From Akkermansia muciniphila (GTDB lineage Bacteria; Verrucomicrobiota; Verrucomicrobiia; Limisphaerales; BJHT01): a stretch of 64,000 bases of DNA. A program made the translations under genes and the position numbers. The notes under the pieces are model-generated. The model had not been told where the DNA came from. It saw nothing but the letters and a program-made list of their open reading frames with translations, and ran no database searches. Positions 17,603 to 28,052 of the stretch are shown here, in pieces (position 1 is the stretch's first letter; each line of letters opens with the position of its first letter). The stretch lies in the NCBI GenBank assembly GCA_945861535.1, contig CAMAUZ010000005.1:8272-72271 (forward strand), in the 5' to 3' direction.

Positions 17603-18211
17603 TTACCGGGAATAAAATTCGACAACGGCCTGCTCGTTAGCAATCGGGTTAATGTCTTCCTTGGTCGGCATCCGGACCAAGGTTCCCTTAAAGGCTTCCT
17701 TGTTGAGGGTAAGCCATTCCGGCACCGCGCGGCTTGTTGCCCCTTCCATTGCCTTGGTGGCCAACTGGCGGGCAACTTTGTTGTCCGCGACCTCGATCAC
17801 GTCGTTCACTTTGCCGGCAAAGGACGGCACGTTCACCTTGCGGCCGTTGACCTTCACATGACCATGGGTGACAAACTGCCGGGCCGCAGCCCGTGTCACA
17901 CCAAATCCCAGATTGTACACGACGCTGTCCAACCTAGTTTCGAGAATCTGAAGCATCGTCTCGCCCGTCACGCCGCGCTTCTTGAGCGCGCGCTCATAGA
18001 CACCGCGAAACTGGCGTTCGAGCAGGCCGTAGTAATAACGGAGTTTCTGCTTCTCAATCAAACCCATCCCATATTCGGTATGTTTACGCCGCGACTTCGG
18101 ACCGTGGACTCCGGGGCCGTAGGGCCGCCGTTCCAAATACTTCGATGAACCGAAAATAGCGACGCCGAAACGTCGGCTGATACGCACCCGGGGACCTGTA
18201 TAGCGAGCCAT
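17603..18211 (-). CDS. rpsD: 30S ribosomal protein S4
   Basis: Starts MARYTGPRVRISRRFGVAIFGSSKYLERRPYGPGVHG. Confidence 0.95.
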   Translation of the reverse strand: MARYTGPRVRISRRFGVAIFGSSKYLERRPYGPGVHGPKSRRKHTEYGMGLIEKQKLRYYYGLLERQFRGVYERALKKRGVTGETMLQILETRLDSVVYNLGFGVTRAAARQFVTHGHVKVNGRKVNVPSFAGKVNDVIEVADNKVARQLATKAMEGATSRAVPEWLTLNKEAFKGTLVRMPTKEDINPIANEQAVVEFYSR

Positions 18212-18253
18212 GTTACTAGAGTGATCTGTGGTTAAGAAATGGTGAGAACAATG

Positions 18254-18859
18254 TTAGACACGACGCTGCTTGCGCGGCCGACATCCATTGTGTGGAACCG
18301 GCGTAATATCTTTGATGGTGCTGATCTCCAACCCGATGGCCTGCAGCGCCCGAATTGCCGACTCGCGACCGGACCCCGGGCCCTTCACGCGAATCTCAAC
18401 CTCGCGCATGCCATGAGACATCGCCTGACGGGCAGCATCTTGGGCCACCTGTTGGGCGGCGAATGCCGTACTTTTACGCGAACCTTTGAAACCCACCCGA
18501 CCGGCACTGGACCATCCCAACACATTCCCCTGAATGTCAGTGATGCTGACCAAGGTATTGTTGAAGGTGGCAAGAATATTGGCGACTCCGCTCGAGATAT
18601 TTTTGGCGCCCTTGGCTTTGACAATTTTCTTACCAGCCATCTCGTCGGCCAGCAACTCCGCCGCCGTGGGTGCAGCGGCTGATGCGACTGTCTCCGGCGG
18701 CTTCGCGGCGGCAGGCGCAGCGTTCCCTGTCGGTTTTTTATTGGGCTTGCCGGAAGCCTTCTCCGACCCCGCCTCTGCAGGGGCCGCGCCAGCCGCAGCG
18801 ACCACTTCGGGTTTCGATTCCTTCTTCGGCGCGGGTTTCTTCTTCTGTTCTTCAGCCAT
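18254..18859 (-). CDS. rpsK: 30S ribosomal protein S11 with a roughly 65-70 aa low-complexity N-terminal extension
   Basis: ATG at 18859 ([31 protein letters not shown]...). The conserved core starts at [26 protein letters not shown] and ends with [13 protein letters not shown]. Confidence 0.9.
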   Translation of the reverse strand: MAEEQKKKPAPKKESKPEVVAAAGAAPAEAGSEKASGKPNKKPTGNAAPAAAKPPETVASAAAPTAAELLADEMAGKKIVKAKGAKNISSGVANILATFNNTLVSITDIQGNVLGWSSAGRVGFKGSRKSTAFAAQQVAQDAARQAMSHGMREVEIRVKGPGSGRESAIRALQAIGLEISTIKDITPVPHNGCRPRKQRRV

Positions 18860-18867
18860 AACGAAAA

Positions 18868-19263
18868 TCAATGAATACCGGTCTTAGCGTTGGGATTACG
18901 TTGCACACCGACGGTGCGCCGTGGACCTTTGCGCGTCCGCGCATTGGTCTGAGTGCGTTGCCCTCGAACGGGCAGGCTCCGGAGGTGCCGGATCCCACGG
19001 TGACATTTGATACCTTGCAACCGCTTGAGATTGAGACCCAGCTCGCGGCGCAGGTCGCCCTCAATGATATACTTGCCATCCAAAATGGCATGCACAATCT
19101 GGGACAACTGCTGCTCGGTGAGGTCTTTCGCGCGGATGGACGGATCAACACTAGCCTTTGCCAAGACCACCTTGGCATTGACCGGTCCGATTCCGTAGAT
19201 GTAGCGCAATGAAATATCGATGCGTTTGTGGGGCGGGATGTCAACTCCGAGAATACGTGGCAT
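18868..19263 (-). CDS. rpsM: 30S ribosomal protein S13
   Basis: Starts [30 protein letters not shown]. Confidence 0.95.
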   Translation of the reverse strand: MPRILGVDIPPHKRIDISLRYIYGIGPVNAKVVLAKASVDPSIRAKDLTEQQLSQIVHAILDGKYIIEGDLRRELGLNLKRLQGIKCHRGIRHLRSLPVRGQRTQTNARTRKGPRRTVGVQRNPNAKTGIH

Positions 19264-19270
19264 AACTTGC

Positions 19271-19384
19271 TTAACCTTGACGTTGTTTGTGGCGGGCGTT
19301 GGTGCAAATGACGCGAATAACGCCTTTGCGTTTGACCACTTTGCAGTGCTCGCAAAGTTTTTTTACTGATGCGCGAACTTTCAT
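19271..19384 (-). CDS. rpmJ: 50S ribosomal protein L36
   Basis: Too short for the ORF track. My translation is [37 protein letters not shown] (ATG 19384, TAA 19271-19273). Its position between infA and rpsM is canonical. Confidence 0.9.
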   Translation of the reverse strand: MKVRASVKKLCEHCKVVKRKGVIRVICTNARHKQRQG

Positions 19385-19393
19385 AAATCTGTT

Positions 19394-19615
19394 CTACTTA
19401 ATCAACTTTTCCAAAATTGTTCCCTTCGATAAATCGAAGGGCGAAACTTCAACCATCACCCGATCACCCGCCCCATAACTCACGTCGTTATCCCGCCCGC
19501 GGGAACCCAAATACCCTAGCAAACTATGCTCGTTGCTTAACAGCACCCGGTACAACAATGGCCGCAACGCCTCCACTATCCGGCCCTCAACCCGCAAAGC
19601 GTCTTCTCTGGCCAT
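19394..19615 (-). CDS. infA: Translation initiation factor IF-1 (central segment unusually divergent)
   Basis: MAREDALRVEGRIVEAL...GDRVMVEVSPFDLSKGTILEKLIK. The position is canonical and it overlaps the map 3' end by 40 nt. Confidence 0.8.
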   Translation of the reverse strand: MAREDALRVEGRIVEALRPLLYRVLLSNEHSLLGYLGSRGRDNDVSYGAGDRVMVEVSPFDLSKGTILEKLIK

Positions 19616-20352
19616 GTCAATATCTCTGCCGCCGAGTCCGTGATGATCACGGTGTGTTCAAAATGCGCCGACGGAAGCCCATCCGCCGTAACCACTGTCC
19701 AACCGTCGCCCAACACCCTGACGCCCGGCTTGCCCGCGTTGACCATCGGCTCAATTGCCAGCGTCATTCCCGCCCGCAATTTGGGCGAAGGTTTGCCTTC
19801 CACGAAGTTCGGCACCTGGGGATCTTCATGAACCGTTCTTCCGACACCATGACCAACGAATTCCCGAACCACGCTGAACCCGTGGGATTCCACGCATTCC
19901 TGCACTGCTCGCGAAATATCCGACACGCGATTTCCCGCGACCGCCTGAGAAATCCCTTCATACAAGGCTTTCTCAGTCACATCAATCAATTTCTGCGCCT
20001 GCAGATCACAGCCACCCACCGCCACCGTCCGGGCCGTGTCGCCAATGAAACCCTGAAACATCACGCCGACATCCAAGCTGATAATGTCACCGAACTGGAC
20101 CCGGCGGAGTCCGGCGAGACCATGAACGACTTGCTCATTCACGGAGATGCAGATATTGCACGGATATTTCCGATATCCTAGGAACGCACTTCGCGCCCCG
20201 TAGTGCCGAATGCGCGCCGCAGCAAACTCATCAATCTCTTTAGTCGTGACGCCAGGCGCAATAAACGCCGCAACTTCGTCCAACACCGACCCGGCCACCG
20301 CACCCGCTGCCCTCATCAAAACCAACTCACGCTCATTCTTAATGATGATCAC
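19576..20352 (-). CDS. map: Type I methionine aminopeptidase
   Basis: GTG start giving MIIIKNERELVLMRAAGAVAG. Also GYRKYPCNICISVNEQVVHG and HFEHTVIITD. Confidence 0.9.
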   Translation of the reverse strand: MIIIKNERELVLMRAAGAVAGSVLDEVAAFIAPGVTTKEIDEFAAARIRHYGARSAFLGYRKYPCNICISVNEQVVHGLAGLRRVQFGDIISLDVGVMFQGFIGDTARTVAVGGCDLQAQKLIDVTEKALYEGISQAVAGNRVSDISRAVQECVESHGFSVVREFVGHGVGRTVHEDPQVPNFVEGKPSPKLRAGMTLAIEPMVNAGKPGVRVLGDGWTVVTADGLPSAHFEHTVIITDSAAEILTWPEKTLCGLRAG

Positions 20353-20409
20353 AACGTGCCTAATTGGTCGCTACCCAACCCGCCGCGCGAACGACAGATT
20401 GAATCGCAG

Positions 20410-21786
20410 CTAAAAACGGCCCTTGATGCGTCCCTTTTTCAGGAAGCCATCATAGTGCCGCATCAGGAGATGAGACTCCATCTGACGCATGGTGTCGAGC
20501 ATTACGCCGACCGTTATCAAAATACTGGTTCCACCGAAAAACTGGGCCACCGCAAAGTTAATGTTCCACTTCTGCGCCATTATGGTCGGAAGCACCGCGA
20601 TCAAAGCCAAAAACACTGCACCGGCGAGGGTAATTCGACTCATGGCATGGTGTAGGAAGTCGCTCGTCGCCGCGCCGGGACGAACACCCGGGATATATCC
20701 TCCATACTTTTTCAAATCATCGGAAATTTGAAGTTCATTGAACTGGGTGGCAACCCAGAAGTACGAAAAAAACAAAATCATCAGTCCTTCTAGCAGCAGA
20801 TAGACCGGAGCACCGTGGGTAAGTTTTCGCGCTATTTCCTCAAAAAACGGGACACTCAGGGCCTTGCCCAAAGTATAGAAGATTTTCTCGGGGAACATCA
20901 GGATGGCCTGAGCGAAAATGATCGGCATCACCCCGGCGTAGTTTACCCGCAGCGGCATGAACGACGACCCCCCTGGAACAATCTTACGCCCCACCGCCCG
21001 CTGGGCATATTGCACGGGTATCTTTCGTTGAGCCTGAGTTACTGCGATCACTCCCGCTACGACCCCGAGGAGCAGCAACACCAAGGCGATCCCGTGAAAA
21101 ACGGTGAATCGAGCCTCGGTCCCCGCCGGTGGGACAAACATTTCATACATGGCCTGCACGGCCTGCGGCATGCGCGCCATAATACCCACCGTAATGACTA
21201 GCGAAATTCCGTTGCCAATGCCCCGCTCGGTAATCTGCTCGCCCAACCACATCAACAGGAGGGTCCCGGTTGTGAGAACAACTGTAGTCTGGATGCGATA
21301 CCACCAAATATTGTCTGACTGCACCAAGACACCCTGAAAACCCGTGAGTATCTTTTCAGGATTCTCCCAGCCAACGGACATAACGAATCCCTGCCCAATA
21401 CAAAGCAAAACCGTGAGAAACCGCCCGTATTGAATGATTTTGGCCCGACCGCCCTCTTCGCGTGCAAGCTTAGACAACGTCGGAATCACTGCGGAGAGAA
21501 GCTGAATAATGATCGTGGCACTGATGTATGGCATGATCCCCAGGGAACCGACTGCGCACCGCTCCAACGCGCCACCAGTGAACATGCTGTACATTCCTAG
21601 AAGCCCCTCGGCCGATTGGGCGTTACTCTTGAAGAACTCTGCCAGCGCATGGCCATCAAGTCCTGGGATCGGAATCATCGACACCACCCGGCAGAGCGCC
21701 AGCACAATCAAGGTGAAGACGATGCGCTCCTTCAACTCCGGTATTTTGAAGCAGTTGGCGAAGGTGTTGAGGATCGATTTTACCAT
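20410..21786 (-). CDS. secY: Preprotein translocase subunit SecY
   Basis: 458 aa starting MVKSILNTFANCFKIPELKERIVFTLIVL. Multi-TM protein located after rplO. Confidence 0.95.
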   Translation of the reverse strand: MVKSILNTFANCFKIPELKERIVFTLIVLALCRVVSMIPIPGLDGHALAEFFKSNAQSAEGLLGMYSMFTGGALERCAVGSLGIMPYISATIIIQLLSAVIPTLSKLAREEGGRAKIIQYGRFLTVLLCIGQGFVMSVGWENPEKILTGFQGVLVQSDNIWWYRIQTTVVLTTGTLLLMWLGEQITERGIGNGISLVITVGIMARMPQAVQAMYEMFVPPAGTEARFTVFHGIALVLLLLGVVAGVIAVTQAQRKIPVQYAQRAVGRKIVPGGSSFMPLRVNYAGVMPIIFAQAILMFPEKIFYTLGKALSVPFFEEIARKLTHGAPVYLLLEGLMILFFSYFWVATQFNELQISDDLKKYGGYIPGVRPGAATSDFLHHAMSRITLAGAVFLALIAVLPTIMAQKWNINFAVAQFFGGTSILITVGVMLDTMRQMESHLLMRHYDGFLKKGRIKGRF

Positions 21787-21814
21787 GACTCAGATAACCT
21801 GGAAGGCAAACGAC

Positions 21815-22282
21815 TTAGGATTTAGCTGCGTCCTTCAAGGGAACCGCTTCACAGGTTCCACCCAGACTTTCAATCGCCGCACGGGCCTGGGCGCTAAACT
21901 TATTAGCCACCACTATCAGTTTGCGGGTTAGTTTGCCATTGCCAAGTATCTTTATCCCGGCGGCCCGGCCATTCGCCAGCCCTAGCGCCCGCAGAGCGAC
22001 CTCGTCAACTCTCGCACCCTCGTCAAACTGGTTCAGCGCCGCCAAATTCACTGGAATATAGACCGTCGCATGACGGATGTTATTAAAACCCCGCTTGGGC
22101 AAGCGCCGGATGAGCGGCATCTGCCCGCCCTCAAACCCAGGACGGATCGAACTGCCGGAGCGGGCGGACTGTCCTTTTCCACCACGGCCGCTGGTCTTGC
22201 CGTGACCACTTGACTCCCCCTGACCGAGGCGTTTCCGACGATGTTTGGACCCGTGTTTCGGCTTTAAATCGTGTAGGCGCAT
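21815..22282 (-). CDS. rplO: 50S ribosomal protein L15
   Basis: Starts MRLHDLKPKHGSKHRRKRLGQGESSGHGKTSGRGGKGQ. Confidence 0.95.
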   Translation of the reverse strand: MRLHDLKPKHGSKHRRKRLGQGESSGHGKTSGRGGKGQSARSGSSIRPGFEGGQMPLIRRLPKRGFNNIRHATVYIPVNLAALNQFDEGARVDEVALRALGLANGRAAGIKILGNGKLTRKLIVVANKFSAQARAAIESLGGTCEAVPLKDAAKS

Positions 22283-22296
22283 ACAAAATATTCCTG

Positions 22297-22908
22297 TCAG
22301 ACTGACTTCCTCGGCTCGGGCGCAAAACCCCGCGCACTCATGATGTCTTCCCGCAGGCGAAGACTCTGAAGCGCCGCCAAGGTGGCCTTGGCCACGTTCC
22401 CGGCGTTGCTCGATCCTAGAGACTTGCTCAAAATATCCTTCACTCCGGCCGCTTCGAGCACGGCACGAACCGTTTTGCCCGCGATTAAGCCGGTGCCAGG
22501 AGACGCCGGACGCAGCAACACCCGCGCACCACCGAATTCAAACAACACATCGTGGGGAATGGTCGCACCACTCAGTTTAACAGATAACATGGCCTGCTTG
22601 GACACTTCGCCACCCTTGCGAATCGCGTCTGCAACTTCTTTGGCTTTTCCCAATCCCAATCCCACGCGGCCCCGGCGATCACCAGTGACAACGAGCGCGC
22701 TGAAGCTGAATCGGCGACCGCCTTTAACAACTTTGGCGGAACGATTGATCACAACTACCTTTTCCACCATCTCGTTCTCCGAGCGTCCCTCGCCGGAATC
22801 CCCGCCCTCGCGACCGCCGCGCCGCGGACCGCCGCGCCCCATCCGGGGTGAACGATTGCCTGCGGGCCGGGCCGCCTCCGCACTTTTTGGTTCGATATTG
22901 TCTGCCAC
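22297..22908 (-). CDS. rpsE: 30S ribosomal protein S5 (Arg/Gly-rich N-terminal extension; GTG start, uncertain)
   Basis: Core sequence [27 protein letters not shown]. The tracked start codon is GTG at 22908; an ATG 66 nt downstream is the alternative. Confidence 0.9.
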   Translation of the reverse strand: MADNIEPKSAEAARPAGNRSPRMGRGGPRRGGREGGDSGEGRSENEMVEKVVVINRSAKVVKGGRRFSFSALVVTGDRRGRVGLGLGKAKEVADAIRKGGEVSKQAMLSVKLSGATIPHDVLFEFGGARVLLRPASPGTGLIAGKTVRAVLEAAGVKDILSKSLGSSNAGNVAKATLAALQSLRLREDIMSARGFAPEPRKSV

Positions 22909-22930
22909 GATAGCTTTTGAGTTAGTAAGG

Positions 22931-23296
22931 TTAGAATTTCAGTCCCGCACCACGGGCGGCATCCGCCAAGGCTTTAACTTTGCCATGGTAACGGGCTCCA
23001 CTCCGATCGAACACCACACTCGTGATTCCTTTGCCGAGGGCCAGTTCAGCCGCCGTGCGACCAATAACTGTGGCACTCTTGACATTGGCCCCGAGAGTCA
23101 ACCGATCCGGCATGCTCTTGTGCAAAGTCGAGGCACTCACCAGAGTAAACCCGGTCGTATCATCCACAAACTGCACATGAATGTTCTTGCCGGTGAAACG
23201 GACACTCATTCGAGGGCGGTGCGGCGTGCCGTTAACCTCTTTGCGTATACGCCACCGCCGTTTCTGCAACAGACTTTTTTTCTTTTCGTTTCTCAT
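22931..23296 (-). CDS. rplR: 50S ribosomal protein L18
   Basis: Contains [20 protein letters not shown] and [26 protein letters not shown]. Confidence 0.95.
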   Translation of the reverse strand: MRNEKKKSLLQKRRWRIRKEVNGTPHRPRMSVRFTGKNIHVQFVDDTTGFTLVSASTLHKSMPDRLTLGANVKSATVIGRTAAELALGKGITSVVFDRSGARYHGKVKALADAARGAGLKF

Positions 23297-23338
23297 GTCC
23301 TAAGTGCCGGCGGTGGTCACCGCCCGCTAGTCGAAATC

Positions 23339-23875
23339 TTACTGAACTGTCTTGCCCTCCTTGCGGATGATACGTTCGTCCGAATACTTCACGCCCTTGC
23401 CCTTGTAAGGTTCGGGAGGATAGAAACCGCGAATCTCGGCGGCCACGCGGCCAACCATCTGCTTGTCCGGGCCTTCAATCGTGAGCTTTGTGTTCTCCTC
23501 GACCGTCACCTTGATCTGGTCGGGAATCGGATAATTAATGGGATGCGAATAGCCCAGCGCCAAGTTCACGTTCTTGCCCTGGACCGCCGCCTTGAAACCA
23601 ACGCCGTTGATTTCCAGCTTTTTCACAAAGCCATCCAACACTCCCTTGACCATGTTATTGATCAACGAGCGAGTCAGTCCGTGGAGCGCCTTCGCTTCGG
23701 CGTCCTCGCCTTGACGAGTGACGACCAGAATCCCTGCCGAGAGCGCCGCTACCGTTCGTTTGGGGATTTCCATCTGCAGCTTGCCCTTGGGTCCCTCCAC
23801 GGACACTTTGCGCCCATCCAAGGTCACTTTGACCTTGGCGGGGATTGTAATTGGTTGTTTGCCGATGCGCGACAT
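23339..23875 (-). CDS. rplF: 50S ribosomal protein L6
   Basis: Starts MSRIGKQPITIPAKVKVTLDGRKVSVEGPKGKL. Confidence 0.95.
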   Translation of the reverse strand: MSRIGKQPITIPAKVKVTLDGRKVSVEGPKGKLQMEIPKRTVAALSAGILVVTRQGEDAEAKALHGLTRSLINNMVKGVLDGFVKKLEINGVGFKAAVQGKNVNLALGYSHPINYPIPDQIKVTVEENTKLTIEGPDKQMVGRVAAEIRGFYPPEPYKGKGVKYSDERIIRKEGKTVQ

Positions 23876-23887
23876 AGAGATTCCTAG

Positions 23888-24274
23888 TTACCAGACAAAA
23901 CACAAAACTTCTCCGCCCACGTTCTCCTTCTGGGCATCGGTGCCGGTCATCACACCCTTGGGGGTGGAGACGATGGCCGTACCCATCCCGCGCAGAACCT
24001 TCGGAATTTCCGTCGCGCCGGCGTAATTGCGCAATCCTGGCTTGCTCACCCGGCGCAGACCTTCGATGACGGCCTTCCGGCCTTGATATTTCAGTTTCAA
24101 CTTCAGCATCTTGAGGCCCGTGCCCTCAACAGTGCAATCATCAATGTAGCCTTCCCGCTTGAGAATCTTGGCGATTCCCTCCTTGATCTTCGAGTGGGAC
24201 ATTTCGGTGTAGGGCAGCAGCGCGCGATTCGCATTGCGGATGCGCGTGAGCATGTCGGAAATCGGATCAGTCAT
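23888..24274 (-). CDS. rpsH: 30S ribosomal protein S8
   Basis: Starts MTDPISDMLTRIRNANRALL. Confidence 0.95.
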   Translation of the reverse strand: MTDPISDMLTRIRNANRALLPYTEMSHSKIKEGIAKILKREGYIDDCTVEGTGLKMLKLKLKYQGRKAVIEGLRRVSKPGLRNYAGATEIPKVLRGMGTAIVSTPKGVMTGTDAQKENVGGEVLCFVW

Positions 24275-24278
24275 ATGC

Positions 24279-24548
24279 TTACCAACTGGCTTTAATTACA
24301 CCCGGGATCAACCCATTTAACGCCAACTCGCGGAAGGTCAGCCGTGAGACGCCAAATTTTCGCAGAAAACCACGCCGCCGCCCGCTCAGGGCGCAACGGT
24401 TGACAAGCCGCGTCGGACTTGAATTCCGGGGCAACTTCGACAGCCCGGCATAGTCCCGCTTTGCCTTCAATTCCGCCCGGACCGCCGCGAATTTCTTGAC
24501 GGTCGCCAGCTTCTTCTTGTTTCGTTCCATCCAGCTTGTTTTGGCCAT
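24279..24548 (-). CDS. rpsN: 30S ribosomal protein S14 (long, non-zinc form)
   Basis: ATG at 24548 gives [20 protein letters not shown]. Ends [21 protein letters not shown]. No CxxC pairs. Confidence 0.9.
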   Translation of the reverse strand: MAKTSWMERNKKKLATVKKFAAVRAELKAKRDYAGLSKLPRNSSPTRLVNRCALSGRRRGFLRKFGVSRLTFRELALNGLIPGVIKASW

Positions 24549-24549
24549 A

Positions 24550-25095
24550 TCACTTTCCTTCGGCAAACGGCATACCCATCAACTTCAACAAATCCAACGC
24601 TTCGCCATCGGTTTTGGCACTGGTGACAATCGTAATGTCCATGCCCTGTTGGCGCTTGATCTTATCCAGTTCAATTTCCGGAAAAATAGTCTGGTCAGAG
24701 ACCCCGAGGGTGTAGCTGCCGCGACCGTCAAAGGAGCGGACCGAAATGCCACGGAAATCCCGGATGCGGGGCAGCGCCGAGGCGACCAGGCGGTCAAAGA
24801 ACTCATACATCACGTCCCGACGTAGAGTAACAAAGCAGCCAATCGCCTGCCCTTGGCGCAGTTTGAAATTGGCGATGCTCTTGCGAGCCTTGGTGACCAC
24901 CGGCTTCCGCCCGGTAATCATGGTCAATTCCTTGACGGCATCATCGACCGCACCTTTTTCCAACGAGGCGCTCACACCCATGTTGATGACGATCTTTTTA
25001 ATCGTCGGCACCTCATGGACATTCTTATACTTCCGCCGCTCGATGAGCGCCGGACGAACGTCGTCGGTGTATTTCTTGTAAAGTCTCGATTTCAT
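24550..25095 (-). CDS. rplE: 50S ribosomal protein L5
   Basis: ATG at 25095 gives [40 protein letters not shown]. Confidence 0.95.
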   Translation of the reverse strand: MKSRLYKKYTDDVRPALIERRKYKNVHEVPTIKKIVINMGVSASLEKGAVDDAVKELTMITGRKPVVTKARKSIANFKLRQGQAIGCFVTLRRDVMYEFFDRLVASALPRIRDFRGISVRSFDGRGSYTLGVSDQTIFPEIELDKIKRQQGMDITIVTSAKTDGEALDLLKLMGMPFAEGK

Positions 25096-25105
25096 AGTCC
25101 TGCAC

Positions 25106-25387
25106 TCAGTTCGCCGGCGTCGCCGCCGCCACCGCTCCCTTGGTCTTCCGGGCATCGTAGCGATCGGCCCGCATCACATTGGAGATGTGGATCGTCCCCT
25201 CGCGCTCGACAATCGCACCATTGGGATGCTGCTGACTCTTGCGCATGTGGCGCTTGATCATCGCGACCCCTTCCACCACCACGCGTTCCTTGTCGGTCAA
25301 CACCCGGATCAACCGCCCGCGCTTCCCGCGATCGGCCCCGGCGATGACCACCACTTCGTCGTCTTTGCGAATATGAATCTTTGGCAT
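25106..25387 (-). CDS. rplX: 50S ribosomal protein L24
   Basis: ATG at 25387 gives MPKIHIRKDDEVVVIAGADRGKRGRLIRV. The tracked ORF begins 6 nt upstream at a TTG. Confidence 0.9.
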   Translation of the reverse strand: MPKIHIRKDDEVVVIAGADRGKRGRLIRVLTDKERVVVEGVAMIKRHMRKSQQHPNGAIVEREGTIHISNVMRADRYDARKTKGAVAAATPAN

Positions 25388-25389
25388 AC

Positions 25390-25755
25390 TCAAATTACCT
25401 CCGGCGCGAGCGAGATGATTTTCATGAACTTCTTTTCGCGCAGTTCCCGCGCAACCGGCCCAAAAATGCGCGTGCCACGGGGATTGTTTTCCTTGTCGAT
25501 GATCACCAACGCATTGTTATCAAATCGCAGATAGGAACCATCCGTCCGGCGAATCGCTTTGCGGGTCCGCACAATCACGGCATTGACAACCTCACCCTTC
25601 TTGACGGTCCCATCGGGCGCCGCCTCTTTTATGTGAGCTTTGACCACGTCCCCAATATGGGCGAATCGCTGGTTGCTGCCGAGCACGCCAATCACCGCGG
25701 CGCGCTTGGCGCCGGTGTTGTCGGCCACATCCAAAATTGATCGTACTTGAAACAT
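25390..25755 (-). CDS. rplN: 50S ribosomal protein L14
   Basis: Starts [26 protein letters not shown]. Confidence 0.95.
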   Translation of the reverse strand: MFQVRSILDVADNTGAKRAAVIGVLGSNQRFAHIGDVVKAHIKEAAPDGTVKKGEVVNAVIVRTRKAIRRTDGSYLRFDNNALVIIDKENNPRGTRIFGPVARELREKKFMKIISLAPEVI

Positions 25756-25772
25756 AAAAAGTATTTAGTGGA

Positions 25773-26063
25773 TCAGGCCGCCACCGGGGTAGGCTGACTA
25801 TTGCGGTCGAGAACCTCGACCAGCCGCCAGCATTTCAATTTCGACAGGGGCCGGGTCTCTTCAATCCGCACCTTGTCGCCCGGCTTCGCTTCGTTCTTCT
25901 CGTCGTGGGCGTAGAACTTATGATAGCTCGTAACTACCTTCTTGAACTGCGCGTGCCGGTAGCGCCGCTCGACCTGGACCACGATGGTCTTGGCCATCTT
26001 GTTGGAGACGACTTCGCCGATCCGTTCTTTGCGCTGTCCCCGAATGAGTGTGCTGTCTGCCAT
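25773..26063 (-). CDS. rpsQ: 30S ribosomal protein S17
   Basis: ATG at 26063 gives [34 protein letters not shown]. Confidence 0.9.
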   Translation of the reverse strand: MADSTLIRGQRKERIGEVVSNKMAKTIVVQVERRYRHAQFKKVVTSYHKFYAHDEKNEAKPGDKVRIEETRPLSKLKCWRLVEVLDRNSQPTPVAA

Positions 26064-26075
26064 AAACAATGTAAA

Positions 26076-26276
26076 TCAGGCGGTCTTCTTCAAACGTTGA
26101 GCCGACATTTGGGTCTCGATGCGGGCGATGTCTCGGCGCAGGGTTTTGACCCGCGACGGCTTCTCCAACTGACTGGTCGCCTTCTGCAAACGCAGGTTAA
26201 ACAGTTCCTGGCGAATATCCCTGCCCTTGGCAGCCAATTCGCTGATATTAAGGTCTTTTAAGTCGGACATCTTCAT
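26076..26276 (-). CDS. rpmC: 50S ribosomal protein L29
   Basis: Starts MKMSDLKDLNISELAAKGRDIRQELFNLRLQ. Confidence 0.9.
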   Translation of the reverse strand: MKMSDLKDLNISELAAKGRDIRQELFNLRLQKATSQLEKPSRVKTLRRDIARIETQMSAQRLKKTA

Positions 26277-26291
26277 TTTTGATCCAAATGG

Positions 26292-26711
26292 CTATCCCAC
26301 TTTGTGCCGGGAAATAAACTTGGTTTTGATAGGCAGCTTGGTGGCCGCCAACCGAAGTGACTCGCGCGCCAAGGCCTCGGGAACGCCATCCACTTCGAAT
26401 AAAATATTCGCCGGCCGGATTACCGCAACCCAAGACTCGACCCCCCCCTTGCCATGACCCATGCGGGTTTCCAAGGGTTTCTTGGTAAATGATTTGTCGG
26501 GGAAGATACGAATCCAAACCTTGCCACGACGCTTCATGTGGCGGGAGATGGCCACGCGGGCCGCCTCGATTTGCTTGGTATCCAGCCAGCAGCGTTCCAA
26601 CGACTGCAATCCGTATTCTCCAAACGCAACCTGGTTACCGCGCGACGCCATGCCGGCGCGGTTACCCCGCTGCATTTTCCGATACTTAACTCTTGCGGGC
26701 ATCATTGCCAT
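26292..26711 (-). CDS. rplP: 50S ribosomal protein L16
   Basis: Starts [36 protein letters not shown]. The exact start among the first Met codons is uncertain. Confidence 0.95.
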   Translation of the reverse strand: MAMMPARVKYRKMQRGNRAGMASRGNQVAFGEYGLQSLERCWLDTKQIEAARVAISRHMKRRGKVWIRIFPDKSFTKKPLETRMGHGKGGVESWVAVIRPANILFEVDGVPEALARESLRLAATKLPIKTKFISRHKVG

Positions 26712-26729
26712 AAGCAGTCCTAAGAAAAA

Positions 26730-27419
26730 TCAGTTTGGCGAGGCGACAGCCGCCGATGTTTTTGACTCGGAGGTGGGCTGAGCTGCCTTCTGGGGCTTGC
26801 TCTCGCCCCGGCACACCCAGCATTTGACCCCAATCTTCCCATACACGGTGTGCGCTTCCGCAAACCCGTAATCAATGTTTGCCCGCAGCGTGTGCAGCGG
26901 AACCCGGCCTTCCAGATACTTCTCCACCCGTGCGATTTCCGAACCGCCGAGCCGCCCGGCTACACGGACACGAATCCCTTCGGCCCCAAAATCCATGGCC
27001 GTCTGGACCGCCTTTTTCATGGCACGCCGGAATGAGACCCGCCGTTCCAGTTGCATCGCGATGTTTTCGGCGACCAACTGGGCATCGATCTCGGGCGTCT
27101 TGACCTCTTGAATGTCCACGTAAATCTCTTTTCCGGTCATCTTCCCCAACTCTTCCTTCATCTTATCAATTTCCGCGCCCTTCCGGCCGATAACAACTCC
27201 AGGCCGGGCGGTGAAAATGGTAATACGGCAGCGATTAGCCGCGCGCTCGATCAGAATCTTCGGAACCGACGCCGACTCGAGTTTCTTTTTGAGCAGACCA
27301 CGAATGTTATAGTCTTCGGCGAGCAAACGACCGAACTCTTTTTTCTCGGCGTACCACTTCGAGCGCCAGTCACGCGTGACGCCCATCCGAAAACCAACTG
27401 GATTTACTTTCTGGCCCAT
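26730..27419 (-). CDS. rpsC: 30S ribosomal protein S3
   Basis: Starts [24 protein letters not shown]. Confidence 0.95.
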   Translation of the reverse strand: MGQKVNPVGFRMGVTRDWRSKWYAEKKEFGRLLAEDYNIRGLLKKKLESASVPKILIERAANRCRITIFTARPGVVIGRKGAEIDKMKEELGKMTGKEIYVDIQEVKTPEIDAQLVAENIAMQLERRVSFRRAMKKAVQTAMDFGAEGIRVRVAGRLGGSEIARVEKYLEGRVPLHTLRANIDYGFAEAHTVYGKIGVKCWVCRGESKPQKAAQPTSESKTSAAVASPN

Positions 27420-27425
27420 AAAATA

Positions 27426-27758
27426 TTACTCGTCAGACAGGACAATAAAAATTTGGCAACTGCGTTTGAGAATTGGACCCGCGGAACCGCGCGCCTTTGG
27501 AATGAAACGCTTGATGGTCGGTCCGGCACCGGCGACCGCTTCCTTCACGCGCAGGCTCTCGGGGCGCAGGCTCTTGTTGTTTTCAGCATTGGCAATGGCC
27601 GACTTAAGAGTCTTAGCCACCAATCGAGCGGACTTCCGCGGGACCGCCGCCAACAAGGCCTGGGCATGCAACGCGGAAAGACCTTGGATCTGTCGCACCA
27701 CTTCCCGCATCTTCTGCGCGGACATGCGGACGTTACGAGTGATAGCTTTAACTTCCAT
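27426..27758 (-). CDS. rplV: 50S ribosomal protein L22
   Basis: ATG at 27758 gives MEVKAITRNVRMSAQKMREVVRQIQG. Confidence 0.9.
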   Translation of the reverse strand: MEVKAITRNVRMSAQKMREVVRQIQGLSALHAQALLAAVPRKSARLVAKTLKSAIANAENNKSLRPESLRVKEAVAGAGPTIKRFIPKARGSAGPILKRSCQIFIVLSDE

Positions 27759-27762
27759 ACAA

Positions 27763-28044
27763 TTACTTAGCTTCGGCTTTGGCCGTATGCGCACCGTGCT
27801 TCTTGAAGGTCCGGGTGGGCGAAAACTCTCCCAACCGGTGGCCTACCATGTTCTCCGTCACAAAGACCGGGTTGAAAATCTTCCCATTGTGCACGGTGAA
27901 GGTGAGGCCGACAAACTCCGGCGTTATCATCGAGCGGCGCGACCACGTTTTGATCGGCGCCTTGGATTTGGTCTCCTTGGCCTTTACGATCTTGTCCATC
28001 AGATGTTGATCGATGAACGGACCTTTTTTGATTGAGCGTCCCAT
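27763..28044 (-). CDS. rpsS: 30S ribosomal protein S19
   Basis: Starts [19 protein letters not shown]. Also [12 protein letters not shown]. Confidence 0.95.
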   Translation of the reverse strand: MGRSIKKGPFIDQHLMDKIVKAKETKSKAPIKTWSRRSMITPEFVGLTFTVHNGKIFNPVFVTENMVGHRLGEFSPTRTFKKHGAHTAKAEAK

Positions 28045-28052
28045 ATCTTAGT

